Below, piece by piece: positions 12,801-23,399 of a stretch of 64,000 nt of DNA. Where the stretch lies: NCBI RefSeq assembly GCF_006345805.1, contig NC_043003.1, positions 76,136,001 through 76,200,000 of the forward strand, written 5' to 3'. The stretch's first letter is position 1. The number at the start of each line of letters is the position of its first letter. Made by a program: the position numbers and the translations under genes. The stretch comes from Octopus sinensis (lineage: Eukaryota). The notes below the pieces were generated by a model, which saw nothing but the letters and a program-made list of their open reading frames with translations, had not been told where the DNA came from and ran no database searches.

Positions 12801-13064
12801 TTAATGTTTACTTTCTTCGAATCAAATTTTCGGAGAAATTTGAAAATAAAAAAATTTGTATCTTCCGCAAAATTATTTGCTTAACAAATGTCAGCCCCGT
12901 AAAAGGGCAGCTGGCTTGCAAAACGTTTTAACCAATAAAATACAGTATAGAATCTTTTAAAAGAAGTGAATTAAACATAAAATTACAGCACACCAAAAAC
13001 ATACCTCGTACTCTGGGGATTATTATAATAATGATAATGATCACAAGTGATCATAATATCCGGG

Positions 13065-13295
13065 CAATAGAATTTGATAAGCTCAGAAAATATAAAGATT
13101 TATTCATTGAAATCGAAAAATGTAGCATCTCATGACAGTTAAAATACCAGTGGTTGTAAGGTCACTTAGAATGATCAAAAATAGAACTGAAAATTATTTG
13201 AGGAGGATCCCTGTCTTATCCTCCCTCCATACAGGAAGTGCAAAAGAATTCCTTGAGTGGTATGTCATGCGTATTGAGAAGAGTATTGTCGCTAT
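13065..13295 (+). mobile_element. R4/Dong LINE 3' fragment
   Basis: EFDKLRKYKDLFIEIEK..IPVVV..L.MIK; similar to 17080-17287. Confidence 0.7.
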
Positions 13296-13599
13296 GAATT
13301 TTGTCTCCTTTCCCCTTTTATTCTCTTTGTTTTATTTTTATTTTCATTTTCTCTTTTTCCCTTATTTCCTCTGTCTTTCTTCCCTTTTTTCTATCACATG
13401 AAAATCAATTTTTCAGTTCAACCTTTCAAATCATTTCTCCTGAATGTGTTAGTCTTTTCTTTCCCTTCTATTGCCCATCCATCGTTTTCACTTTCCACTT
13501 TTCAATCTCTGCTTAAATTCTTTCGGCCGTGACATATTTTCATTAGGTATTGTTTTGTTATTTTTAATCGAAACAACCAAATGTTCAATCAGCTGTTTA

Positions 13600-13960
13600 A
13601 CGTACCTCCCAGACTGTTTTCTTTATTGACAACTCACATAATCCTTCGTTTGAGCACCCCTTCTTTATAGACATACGAAGTATCGACATAGCTTTTAGTG
13701 TGCAGTTACTTGTTCATAGTCATCACTTTTCTGGTTTTTCTACCCACTTCTTCAAGCTCATTCTTTGGCCATCTAACAGCACATGTATGTGCCATCTCCC
13801 TTAAAAAAGACTTACCATGTGTTCATAACCCAGGGCTTATTTTTTCTATTGAGATTACTCTTCATAACTGACTTGGTTCTCCTCACGTATTCTCACTAAA
13901 GCTTTCCTTCATCTCTCTTTGATTTTGTCGTACTTGAAAATGACCTGATACTTGGATCCA
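13600..13960 (-). mobile_element. R4/Dong LINE RT C-terminal fragment
   Basis: Minus translation resembles RVR..KSNLN..NK..W.K.EL.E..RKTRKVMTMN..LH.KS.VD. Confidence 0.55.
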
Positions 13961-14448
13961 TCATTGAAAGTCCTTATGTGTGGCCATCAAGAAGAGGGAT
14001 TCCGCACAATAAAAGGAAAAGCCGACCTTAGATAGTAGGATACGTTGCAATTACTAAACTGTCTACGGCTTAGTATGACATACTTGGAAATTTATTGCTT
14101 TGATCGATCTGCCTGGCTTAATATATGTCATGGTACATCAAAAGAATTTCAGTTCAAGCGACAGAACACTAAAAGAATCATATTCTGCAATTAAAAGATA
14201 TATTTGTCAAATACTAGGTAAAATCAAAAACTTCAGTGTCCCCATTTTGACTTTATAGCAAAATTCACGCAACCATCGCAAATAAATGCAATTTCTCCTA
14301 ATGAATATTTTTTTCCTCTCTTTCAAACTGATAAATCTAAATCGACGGGAGTGACCACAACTAGCAACAACAACTTCTCATCTTTCCATTATTTAAAAGG
14401 AAACTTGTTACATTTTTTGCTAAGGTCATTTAAAGTCAAAACTCCTTT

Positions 14449-14685
14449 CTCTTCTTCTTCTTCTTCTTCTTCTTCTTCTTCTTCTTCTTCTTCTTCTTCT
14501 CTTCTTCTTCCTCTTCTTCTTCTTTCTTCTTCTTCTCTCTTCTCCTTCTTCTTCTTCTTCTTCTTCTTCTTTTCTTCTTCTTCTTCTTCTTCTTCTTCTT
14601 CTTCTTCTTCTTCTTTTCTTCTTCTTCTTCTTCTTCTTCTTCTTCTTCTTCTTCTTCTTCTTCTTCTTCTTCTTCTTCTTCTTTT
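14449..14685. repeat. (TTC)n microsatellite
   Basis: Direct reading. Confidence 0.95.
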
Positions 14686-15239
14686 GCTGATTACTAACTG
14701 CAGCTTATGGTACCATGCTATTTGTTCTTTTCAGCTATCTGATACTATCCTGATTATTTTGGTCGGGCCAGGGATGGGGGGGTGGCAAACATTTTGTATT
14801 ATCATTATTGTTGTTGTTGTTGTTGTTATTGTTGTTATTTTCGTATACACACAACAGATTAGACTGTTGGAATAGAAAAACATCCTAATATCGGGCTAGA
14901 ACATGTAACCAAGACTATTCTAGCTGTCCAGATTTCTTTTCTATTTTTCTGGTATTGATTTCGTTTGGGTTTTTGGTTTCCCTATGTCTTCCTGGGACTC
15001 TAGCAGCTTTTAATAAACTTTCTCCTCTACATATATAGGAGTCTATATTTATACCAGCTAACTCTTTCCGCCTTCCTTTTTAGGTGTATTTGTACAAGTT
15101 GCATCCAAGTCTCACCCAGAGACCTTAAGAGACAAGTTAGAAGTTCATGTTGGTGTTATACCTAGGGTATTTAGATTTGTACATACCATTGTTCTAGAGA
15201 ATTTTAAGAAAACATAAGAAAATTATGAGTTTACAATAT

Positions 15240-15536
15240 TTACATTAGTTACATTTGACGGATATTTGTCCTCATCTTGTTTGTTGTTAGCACATTTCAG
15301 CTAATATAGCCTCCAGCCTTCGTCAGGTGCCTTCGTGAAGTTTCGCACCTGGGTTCTTATTGCTAAGGTACTTTTCGATAGTATTATTATTATTGTTGTT
15401 GTCAATAACCGGAATTGAACTCGGAATCTTGGGGTTAGTAGTCCGCGCTATTAACCACTACGCCATGTCCCGTGGTGTAGTGGTTAAGTGCGCGGACTAC
15501 AAACCCCAAGATTCCGATTTCAAGTCCAGGCGGTGA

Positions 15537-15540
<4 letters not shown>
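15240..15540. mobile_element. Palindromic twin-head tRNA SINE-like element: left arm (head, AAT, hammerhead-like tail on minus) plus right head
   Basis: 55-bp inverted arms 15411-15465 / 15473-15527 (6 mismatches, 7-nt spacer), each with A-box TGG(C/T)GTAGTGG and a B-box; tail 15240-15380 is the reverse complement of 18095-18240. Confidence 0.8.
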
Positions 15541-15601
<61 letters not shown>

Positions 15602-15622
15602 TAATAATAATAATAATAATAA

Positions 15623-15763
15623 TTTGGGGGGACATCCCCACCCCCCAAATATATGGCACACTAGGCATAACAACAACATGAACTTCCAACCCTGTTCTCT
15701 CTTGAGGTCTCTGGGTGAGACTTGGAGCCAACTTGTACAAATATAAAGCAAAAGTCAAACATA

Positions 15764-15764
<1 letters not shown>
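15623..15764 (+). mobile_element. R4/Dong subfamily A 3' UTR (extreme 5' truncation)
   Basis: Matches the 3' UTR of 20496-22107 and 23400-26112; AAT on both sides. Confidence 0.8.
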
Positions 15765-15798
<34 letters not shown>

Positions 15799-15817
15799 TA
15801 ATAATAATAATAATAAT

Positions 15818-16070
15818 AACAATTCCTATCATAGTAGGTGCATTAGGCATGGTAAAAAATATTCAGACAAATACATAACCAAAACACCAGGACTTACAAA
15901 CACATATAACATACAGAAAATTGCACTACTAGGCACTGCACACATCCTACGCAGAACACTTTCCACACAATAACCATCAGAGCATCACAACAAATCACAG
16001 CACATACCCAAGGCACACAGAGCTGCGCTCGGTAGTGAAGTGAAAGTACGCTATAAAAATAAAACTACTG
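15818..16070 (+). mobile_element. R4/Dong subfamily B 3' end
   Basis: TIPIIVGALGMVKK..IQKIALLGTAHILRRTLS plus a distinct 3' UTR; AAT on both sides. Confidence 0.8.
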
Positions 16071-16091
16071 AATAATAATAATAATAATAAT

Positions 16092-16262
16092 AAGCACTGG
16101 GGGTGGTTTGTGTTCCCACCAGTTTTTCCATGGGGCAAATCCAGGTATTTGCAGATTACCCAGTGAATATATTGTGCAGCTCTATCATGCCTGTTGAGTT
16201 ACTCTGTAGGCGCTAGAAGTCTACACTTGGAGACAATATGATCAATGGTTTCATTTTGTTTG
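16092..16262 (-). mobile_element. R4/Dong subfamily A internal fragment
   Basis: NETIDHIVSKCRLLAPTE...; matches 21090-21260. Confidence 0.8.
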
Positions 16263-16333
16263 AGTAATAATAATAATAATAATAAAATAATAATAATAAT
16301 AATAATAATAATATAATAATAATAATAATAATA

Positions 16334-16375
<42 letters not shown>

Positions 16376-16379
<4 letters not shown>

Positions 16380-17287
16380 TAATAAAGAAGCTTCATTCTA
16401 TCATCAAGGAAAGCAAAAAAATTTCTATTGATCTCGTGCAGGATACCCAAACTGAACAACCCGAGGGAAGTACGGCAACTATTGTTGCAAAGAAGGTGAA
16501 AATGATGGCAATGAAAAAAGCGCACGAGCAATTGGCTGATAGGTGGGAGGAGAAACCTCTGCACGGCAAATATGTGACCCGCAGCAAACAAGCTGATGTT
16601 GACCAGAAGCAAACCCATCAGTGGCTGCGGAGCTCAGGGCTAAAAGCAGAGAGCGAAGGTTTCATCCTGGCTGCTCAAGACCAAAGCCTATTAACCCGGA
16701 ACTACCAGGCCAATGTGATGAAAAATGGAGCAGACCCAAAATGCCGATTCTGCAACGACATGATTGAAACAGTGGACCACCTAATCTCTGGATGTAAAGT
16801 CTTAGCACCAGTGGAGTATAAATTAAGACATGACAAAGTTGGCCAATATCTCCACTGGCTAATAAGTCGGCATTACAATATCAAAACTGCCGACAAGTGG
16901 TATAATCACCACCCTGAGGCTGTAACTGAAGGAGAAAATGTAACAATTCTGTGGGACTTTCCAGTACATACAGACCGAACCATCAAGGCCAATAAACCAG
17001 ATATTGTTGTGAAAGACCAAAACAATAAAGTTTGCTTATTGATCGACATGAGCATCCCCTGTGATCATAATATCTCAGCGAAAGAGTTTGACAAGCTCAT
17101 TGAAATTGAGAAAATGTGGCATCTCAAGGCGGTTACAATACCAGTGATCGTAGGAGCACTAGGAATGATCAAGAAGGGAACCGAAAATTATATGAGAATG
17201 ATCCCTGGCTTACCATCCCTGCAAGAAGTGCAAAAGATTGTCTTAACTGGTACATCACACGTATTGAGAAGAGCATTGTCGATGTGA
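16376..17287 (+). CDS. R4/Dong-clade LINE ORF C-terminus (CCHC knuckle + restriction-like endonuclease), 5'-truncated, subfamily C
   Basis: Open 303 aa with WLRSSGLKAESEGFILAAQDQ, CRFC..HLISGC, RHD, WDF..TDR..ANKPDIVVKD..LIDMSIP; 3' UTR to ~17480 then AAT. Confidence 0.9.
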
Positions 17288-17500
17288 GAACTGTTGCTGC
17301 TCATGTATTTTAATCTAACTTTAAAAAAAAAATTTAAAAAAAAAAAAAAATTAACGAACTTCTTAGTTTGGTTTAATGGCCTACCAATATACACTATGAG
17401 TTTCTTTGCCCTAGGAGTCGGGAAGACACTCGGCAAGAAATGGAAGAAAATTTGAAAGAAGAAGAAAAAAAAAGTAATAATAATGATAATAATAATAATA

Positions 17501-18055
17501 ATGCCCTGATGCAGTACCAGGCAGTGGCTCTCATGGCTTCTGATCTTAACTGATTGGAAGTGTTATCATGTACATTGTTTTGTCTTGGTATAAAAGATGG
17601 GCTACAGCAAATATTCTGCTCAATACCACAGATTTGCTTGTCAGTTGTTTGACCTTAACCAGTTGAGCATGTCCCTTAGTGGCTGACGATATGTGCATCT
17701 CTGATCACGAGCAGAAGTAGTGGGGGAGCATCATAGCCATGTGTTGAGAAGGATTCTTTGGGGTTTAATAATTCACCACTGGAAACATGGGTGTTTCGTT
17801 CAACGTCCTTAAACAACCCTTACTCAGGGACCTTTTGAGCGGGATGGGTTACTCGATCTGAAGAAAATTCTAACTGGGCTCCACCTGCAAGGTCATGTGC
17901 TGTTAATCTTGATATGAGATCACCATGTCGCGCACATATGGTTGTGATGCATGTGCCTGGTGTACCCTTATCAGACGGGTAGTCATGATGGGTATACTGG
18001 GCTTCGTATATTTTACCCCAGTGTCACTTTGATGGCATGCTCTGCTCGCTCACTC
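17501..18055. mobile_element. ~555 bp non-coding interspersed element, copy 2
   Basis: Near-identical to 2591-3146; AAT flanks. Confidence 0.75.
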
Positions 18056-18094
<39 letters not shown>

Positions 18095-18095
<1 letters not shown>

Positions 18096-18282
18096 GCATC
18101 GAAAAATACCTTAGCACTGAGAATCCAGGTTCAAAAATTTCCCCAAGACACCTGACGAATGCTGGAGGGTACATCTGCCGAAACGTTGTGTTAACAACAA
18201 ATCAGATGATGACAAATATCCATCAAATTTAAATAATGTAAATAATATACATAATTCCTCATCTCTTAAATATAGAACTGTA
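18095..18282 (+). mobile_element. Hammerhead-bearing tail of the right arm of the twin-head element
   Basis: Reverse-complement homolog of 15240-15380; follows (AAT)n. Confidence 0.7.
18148..18191 (+). ncRNA. Minimal type I hammerhead ribozyme-like motif
   Basis: ACAC-CTGACGA-A-stem II-GAAAC-GT-T-GTGT: stem I ACAC/GTGT, palindromic ACGT stem III as in PLE-type minimal hammerheads; stem II partly decayed. Confidence 0.55.
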
Positions 18283-18284
18283 TT

Positions 18285-18880
18285 GTGTTTGTTTTAAAAT
18301 TTGAGATTACATAGAGCGTATGTTACGTAGGTCATCGCAGTTCCTATGAGAACTATCTTTTGAATTTCTGCTAATTTGAGATTTCCCGGTTTCTGAGCAC
18401 CTCTTTTTGCTATCGATTGGGACAGTCATATCAATGAGGAGGCTGATTTTTATCTGAAGTCATTCAGTATAATGTCTGACCTATTCGCATCTGTCTTTCT
18501 GTCAGTTTAAATCGTGAAGTTCCAGTAGAGTGAGATGTGATCATTTTCAAGCGCTGACGGGGGTTTGTATTCCCACCATTTTTTTTTATCATGAGGCAGG
18601 TCCAGGTTTATACAAATTAGTGAGTGAATATATTGTGCTACTCTATCATGCCTGTTGAGATACTCTGTAGGTTTAAGAAGACTGCACATGGAGATAACAT
18701 GATCAATGGTTTCATTTTGTTGTTGACAAACACGTCATGGGCTAAAGCCGTTCTTTAATATGTTGGGCTGGTAGTTTCTTGTAGGTAGGCATTGATCTTC
18801 TGCAGCTATGAAAAACCTGATTTTAAGCCGGAAGCCACTAACCATTGATGGGTAACGGCTTTCTCAGCATCGGCACTATT
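18285..18880 (-). mobile_element. R4/Dong subfamily A 3' fragment
   Basis: EYLNRHDRVAQYIH..LPHDKKKWWEYKP..HISLYWNF. Confidence 0.8.
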
Positions 18881-18894
18881 TCTATTATTATTGA

Positions 18895-18926
<32 letters not shown>

Positions 18927-18937
18927 GTAGTAGTAGT

Positions 18938-18982
<45 letters not shown>

Positions 18983-19176
18983 TTTAGGTAGTGAGCTTGC
19001 ATAATAGATAGCGCGCCTTTACAGTATTATTTCTGGGTTTTCATAATCTGTGTTCAAACGCTATTTTTCTCATGAAATAAAGTACCAGACGACTTCTAGT
19101 GTCAACTTGTTCCATTCCATTCCTAAATTGCTGACTTCCTACCAAAATTTGAAACAAATTTTATTCTTGTTATTGC

Positions 19177-19243
<67 letters not shown>

Positions 19244-19291
19244 GTTGTTGTTGATGTTGTTGTTGTTGTTATTGTTGTTGTTGTTTCTTAC

Positions 19292-19358
<67 letters not shown>

Positions 19359-19403
19359 ATTGTTGTTGTTGTGTTTCTTACTATTATTATTATTATTATT
19401 ATA

Positions 19404-19437
<34 letters not shown>

Positions 19438-20030
19438 ATCATCATCTTCATCATCTTCAGCAGTATTGCGATCATCATTGTATCTCACAACAGAAACACC
19501 ACCAGGAATTTGAAGCTGAACACAACCAATTCAACTGACAAATCTAATTTAATCATCATAATAGAATAACCTTAACTTCATTTCCCTCTTCACTTCATGC
19601 GGCATTTATATTTATATGAATGTTTACGCGTTCTTTTCTCTTTGTCTTACTCTCTGGCTACATGTGTTGCAAGCGTATTATTTTGTTATGCCTATCTGAA
19701 TCTTTATATATTCATCGCATGTGTGTCGGTGTGTCGGTATAGATTCTATTCTCCATGTATTGTCTTGGAATTTTTAACGGTTTGATTGAACATAAATCAG
19801 TTTGTTTATTTCTGTCTGTTTTTGTTTCCAACTGAGGAATCTATAATAGAATTTGCTTCGCTATATAAGTAATTGGTGTGTAATATTTGCGTAGATAAAT
19901 ACATCCACATCTATCTCTATATAATCAGCATTTTTTCTTTATTTATTTTCCTTTGCTGTATGGCTAATGTTAAACAAATAAAATATAATGCCTCAATAGC
20001 TATTTTTATTATTATTAATATTATTCTTGT

Positions 20031-20370
20031 TAAGGTAGCGAACTGGCAGAAATTTTAGAACGCCGTGGAAAAATGCACAACGACATTTCGCTTGCCTTTA
20101 CGTTCTGAGTTCTAATTCCGTGAAGGTTGATGTTACGTGTCATACTTTCTACTCGATAAAATAAGTACCAAACAAATACTGGAATCGATATCATTGAGTA
20201 GTCCCCTCTCCCTAAATTTCAGGCTTGTGCTTATAGTAGAAAGGATTGTTATTATTACTTTGGTTGTTAAGGCGGTGTAATGGCAGATTCGTTATTGCAA
20301 CGCAGAAAATGCATTAGGGACTTTTCATCAGTTTTTACGATCTGAGTTAAAACTTTACTGAGTCATTGAA
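20031..20370 (+). mobile_element. Degraded MetaSINE-like SINE plus second head
   Basis: TAAGGTAGCGAACTGGCAGAA head, B-box, AAAATAAGTACCA core; second head at ~20268. Confidence 0.6.
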
Positions 20371-20400
20371 TGGTACTGCATCAGGGTAGTTCTCCTTCTT

Positions 20401-20431
<31 letters not shown>

Positions 20432-20446
20432 TTATTATTATTATTA

Positions 20447-20495
<49 letters not shown>

Positions 20496-20497
<2 letters not shown>

Positions 20498-22106
20498 ATG
20501 TTTGACTTTTGCTTTATATTTGTACAAGTTGGCTCCAAGTCCCACCCAGAGACCTCAAGAGACAACAGGGTTGGAAGTTCATGTTGTTGTTATGCCTAGT
20601 GTGCCATATATTTGGGGGGTGGGGGTGTTGTACTAATGAATGTCTAAAAAAAAAATTTTTTTTTTTTTTTTAAACCGAAAATTATGTTTGTTTTAAACCT
20701 TGAGATTACATAGAAAGTATTTTGCGTAGGATATGAGCAGTTCCCATGAGCACTATCTTTTGAATTTTTGCCATTTTTGGGTTTCCTGGTATCTGAGTTA
20801 GGTAGCTATCTGCCCCTTTTGCTATCATTCCCAGGGCACATATGACAACAGGTATTGTTTTAGTCTTCAGCTTCCACATTTTGCTGATTTCTATTTCAAG
20901 ATCTTTATATTTGCTCAGTTTTTGGTAGGTCTTGACAGATACGTTTATATCGATTGGGACAGTCATATCAATGAGGAGGCATGTTCTTTGTTTGAAGTCT
21001 TTCAATATGATGTCTGGCCTATTTGCATCTATCTTTCTGTCAGTTTGAATGGCGAAGTTCCAGAGGAGTGAGATGTGGTCATTTTCAAGCACTGGGGGTG
21101 TTTTGTGTTCCCACCAGTTTTTTTCATGGGGCAAATCCAGGTTTTTACAGATTACCCAGTGAATATATTGTGCAGCTCTATCGTGCCTGTTGAGATACTC
21201 TGTAGGCGCTAGAAGACTGCACTTGGAGACCACATGGTCAATGGTTTCATTTTGTTGCTTGCATACACGACACGTTGGACTGCTTCTGATCTTTAATATG
21301 TTGGCCTGGTAGTTTCTTGTTGGTAGGCATTGATCTTGAGCTGCTATGATAAACACCTCTGTTTCAGATTTTAAGCCAGAGGCCATTAGCCATTGATGGG
21401 TCAGGGCTTTGTCAACATCTGCATTATTTGCTCTCTTTGGGTATTTGCCATAGAGAGGTTTTTCTTACCATTTATCATTCAGAATATCTAAGGCCGCAGA
21501 TTTAGCACGGGTTTTCATGCGCTTAGCTTTTTCTGTGCCTGTTTCTTGTATGTCTATCTCTAATTCCGAAATTTGTTGTATTCGGAATTCACTTAGATAT
21601 TCCTTTGCCTGTTTTGTTACTGAGTATGATGCTTTCTTGTTTTCATGTTTTGAGACAAGTTTTAACATCCAGTCCTCAGAGTTTTTCAGGTAGGTGTCTA
21701 GGCCAATTGTAGCAATCTTCAATGTTATTGCCAGTTGTAAAAGTTCACGGCCTCCCTCTTTTCTTGGCAGATAAAGTCGTTCTGTATCTGCCTTAGGGTG
21801 GTGCATTCTATACATTGTCAACAGTTTTCGTATTTTTCTGTCAAGATTACATATTTCAGTAATTGACCAGTTAACGATACTGAAACTGTAAGTCACGACT
21901 GGTATGGCTAATGCATTGATCGCTTCGATCCTGTTTCTCGCATTCAGCTCTGTCTTGAGTATTGCTCTTACTCTGAGATAGCATTCTCTCCTGATCCTTT
22001 CCTTCATCTCTGAATGCCTTATTCCTTCTCCTTCAATTACCCCCAGATACTTGTAGTTCTCTGCTGGGTCTAATTCTTTTATGACATTCTGCTGGTCAAG
22101 GTTAAC

Positions 22107-22107
<1 letters not shown>
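20496..22107 (-). mobile_element. R4/Dong subfamily A LINE, 5'-truncated, in (TTA)n
   Basis: ORFs 21465-22007 (RT C-terminus, YLPRKEGGREL) and 20706-21386 (CRVC..HVVSKC, NRPDIILKD..LIDMTVP..KYKDL); TTA arrays on both flanks. Confidence 0.9.
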
Positions 22108-22200
<93 letters not shown>

Positions 22201-22462
22201 CATCATCATCATAATTGTTATTGTTGTTGTTTTTACTGTTGCTGCTGCTGCTGTTGTTGTTGATAACATCGGATGTGTCTTCCTGGTGAGTTAGTTTTTA
22301 AAGCATTGTTTACACCAGTTGGTGTAAACAATGTATTAAAATGTGGTACCCTCATCTAACTTGTATTCACGATGGGTATATTGGACTTCATATATTTGAA
22401 CACCAGTGACAATCTGATGGCATGAGTTGCTCTTTCATCCTATAATAATAATGATAATAATG

Positions 22463-22529
<67 letters not shown>

Positions 22530-22558
22530 TGATGATAATAATAATAATAATGATGATG

Positions 22559-22614
<56 letters not shown>

Positions 22615-22940
22615 CGTCCTGCAAAGAGTAAAGAACTGGCATGAGAAAACCCTAGAAGGATTTACCGACAATGAGAATTGCAAAATCTTGTGATGAATAA
22701 AAAAGAAAGAACATGTATGGTAACTGACAAAGCAAGACCCGTTGACAACAGGATCAATGTGATAAAAGAGTAAATATACAACTATGACTATTTGAAGTGG
22801 TAAATACGAAGTTTGTAGAGACTAGATGAAAGCCCAATAGAAATTGGTGCTCCTTGGACTTATCATCAGTCAACTGTCAACACGGCTGAAAAAAATCGGT
22901 GCAAATGTGAAGGTAGAACACCTACAATAATCAGCATTGC

Positions 22941-23340
22941 TTAAGGCGGCGATCTGGAAGAAACGTTAGCACGCCGGGTGAAATGCTTTGCGGTATTTCG
23001 ACTACCGCTACGTTCTGAGTTCAAATTCCGCCGAGGTCGACTTTGCCTTTTATCCTTTCGGGGGTCGATTATATAAGTACCAGTTACGCACTGGAGTCGA
23101 TATAATCGACTTAATCCGTTTGTCTGTCCTTGTTTGTCTTCGCTGTGTTTAGTCCCCTGTGGATAGTAAAGAAATAGGTATTTCGTCGTCTTTACGTTCT
23201 GAGTTCAAATTCTGCCGAGGTCTACTTTGCCTTTCATTCTTTGGGGGGCGATAAATTAAGTACCAGTTGCGTACTGTGGTCGATCTAATCGACCGATCCC
23301 CGCACTAAACATTTCGGGCCTTGTGCTTAGAGTAGAAAAA
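22941..23340 (+). mobile_element. MetaSINE-like tRNA SINE with duplicated core
   Basis: Same head and core as 10384; second B-box + core unit. Confidence 0.75.
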
Positions 23341-23399
23341 CAAAGTATCAACATTGCTTGGAACTCCAATTCTTCGCATGACACATGACCCCCAACATC

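Noticed and set aside
15411-15527. Functional tRNA genes
   Set aside because: A/B boxes are present, but there is no acceptor stem or CCA-side pairing, and the sequence continues into repeat tails; these are SINE heads.
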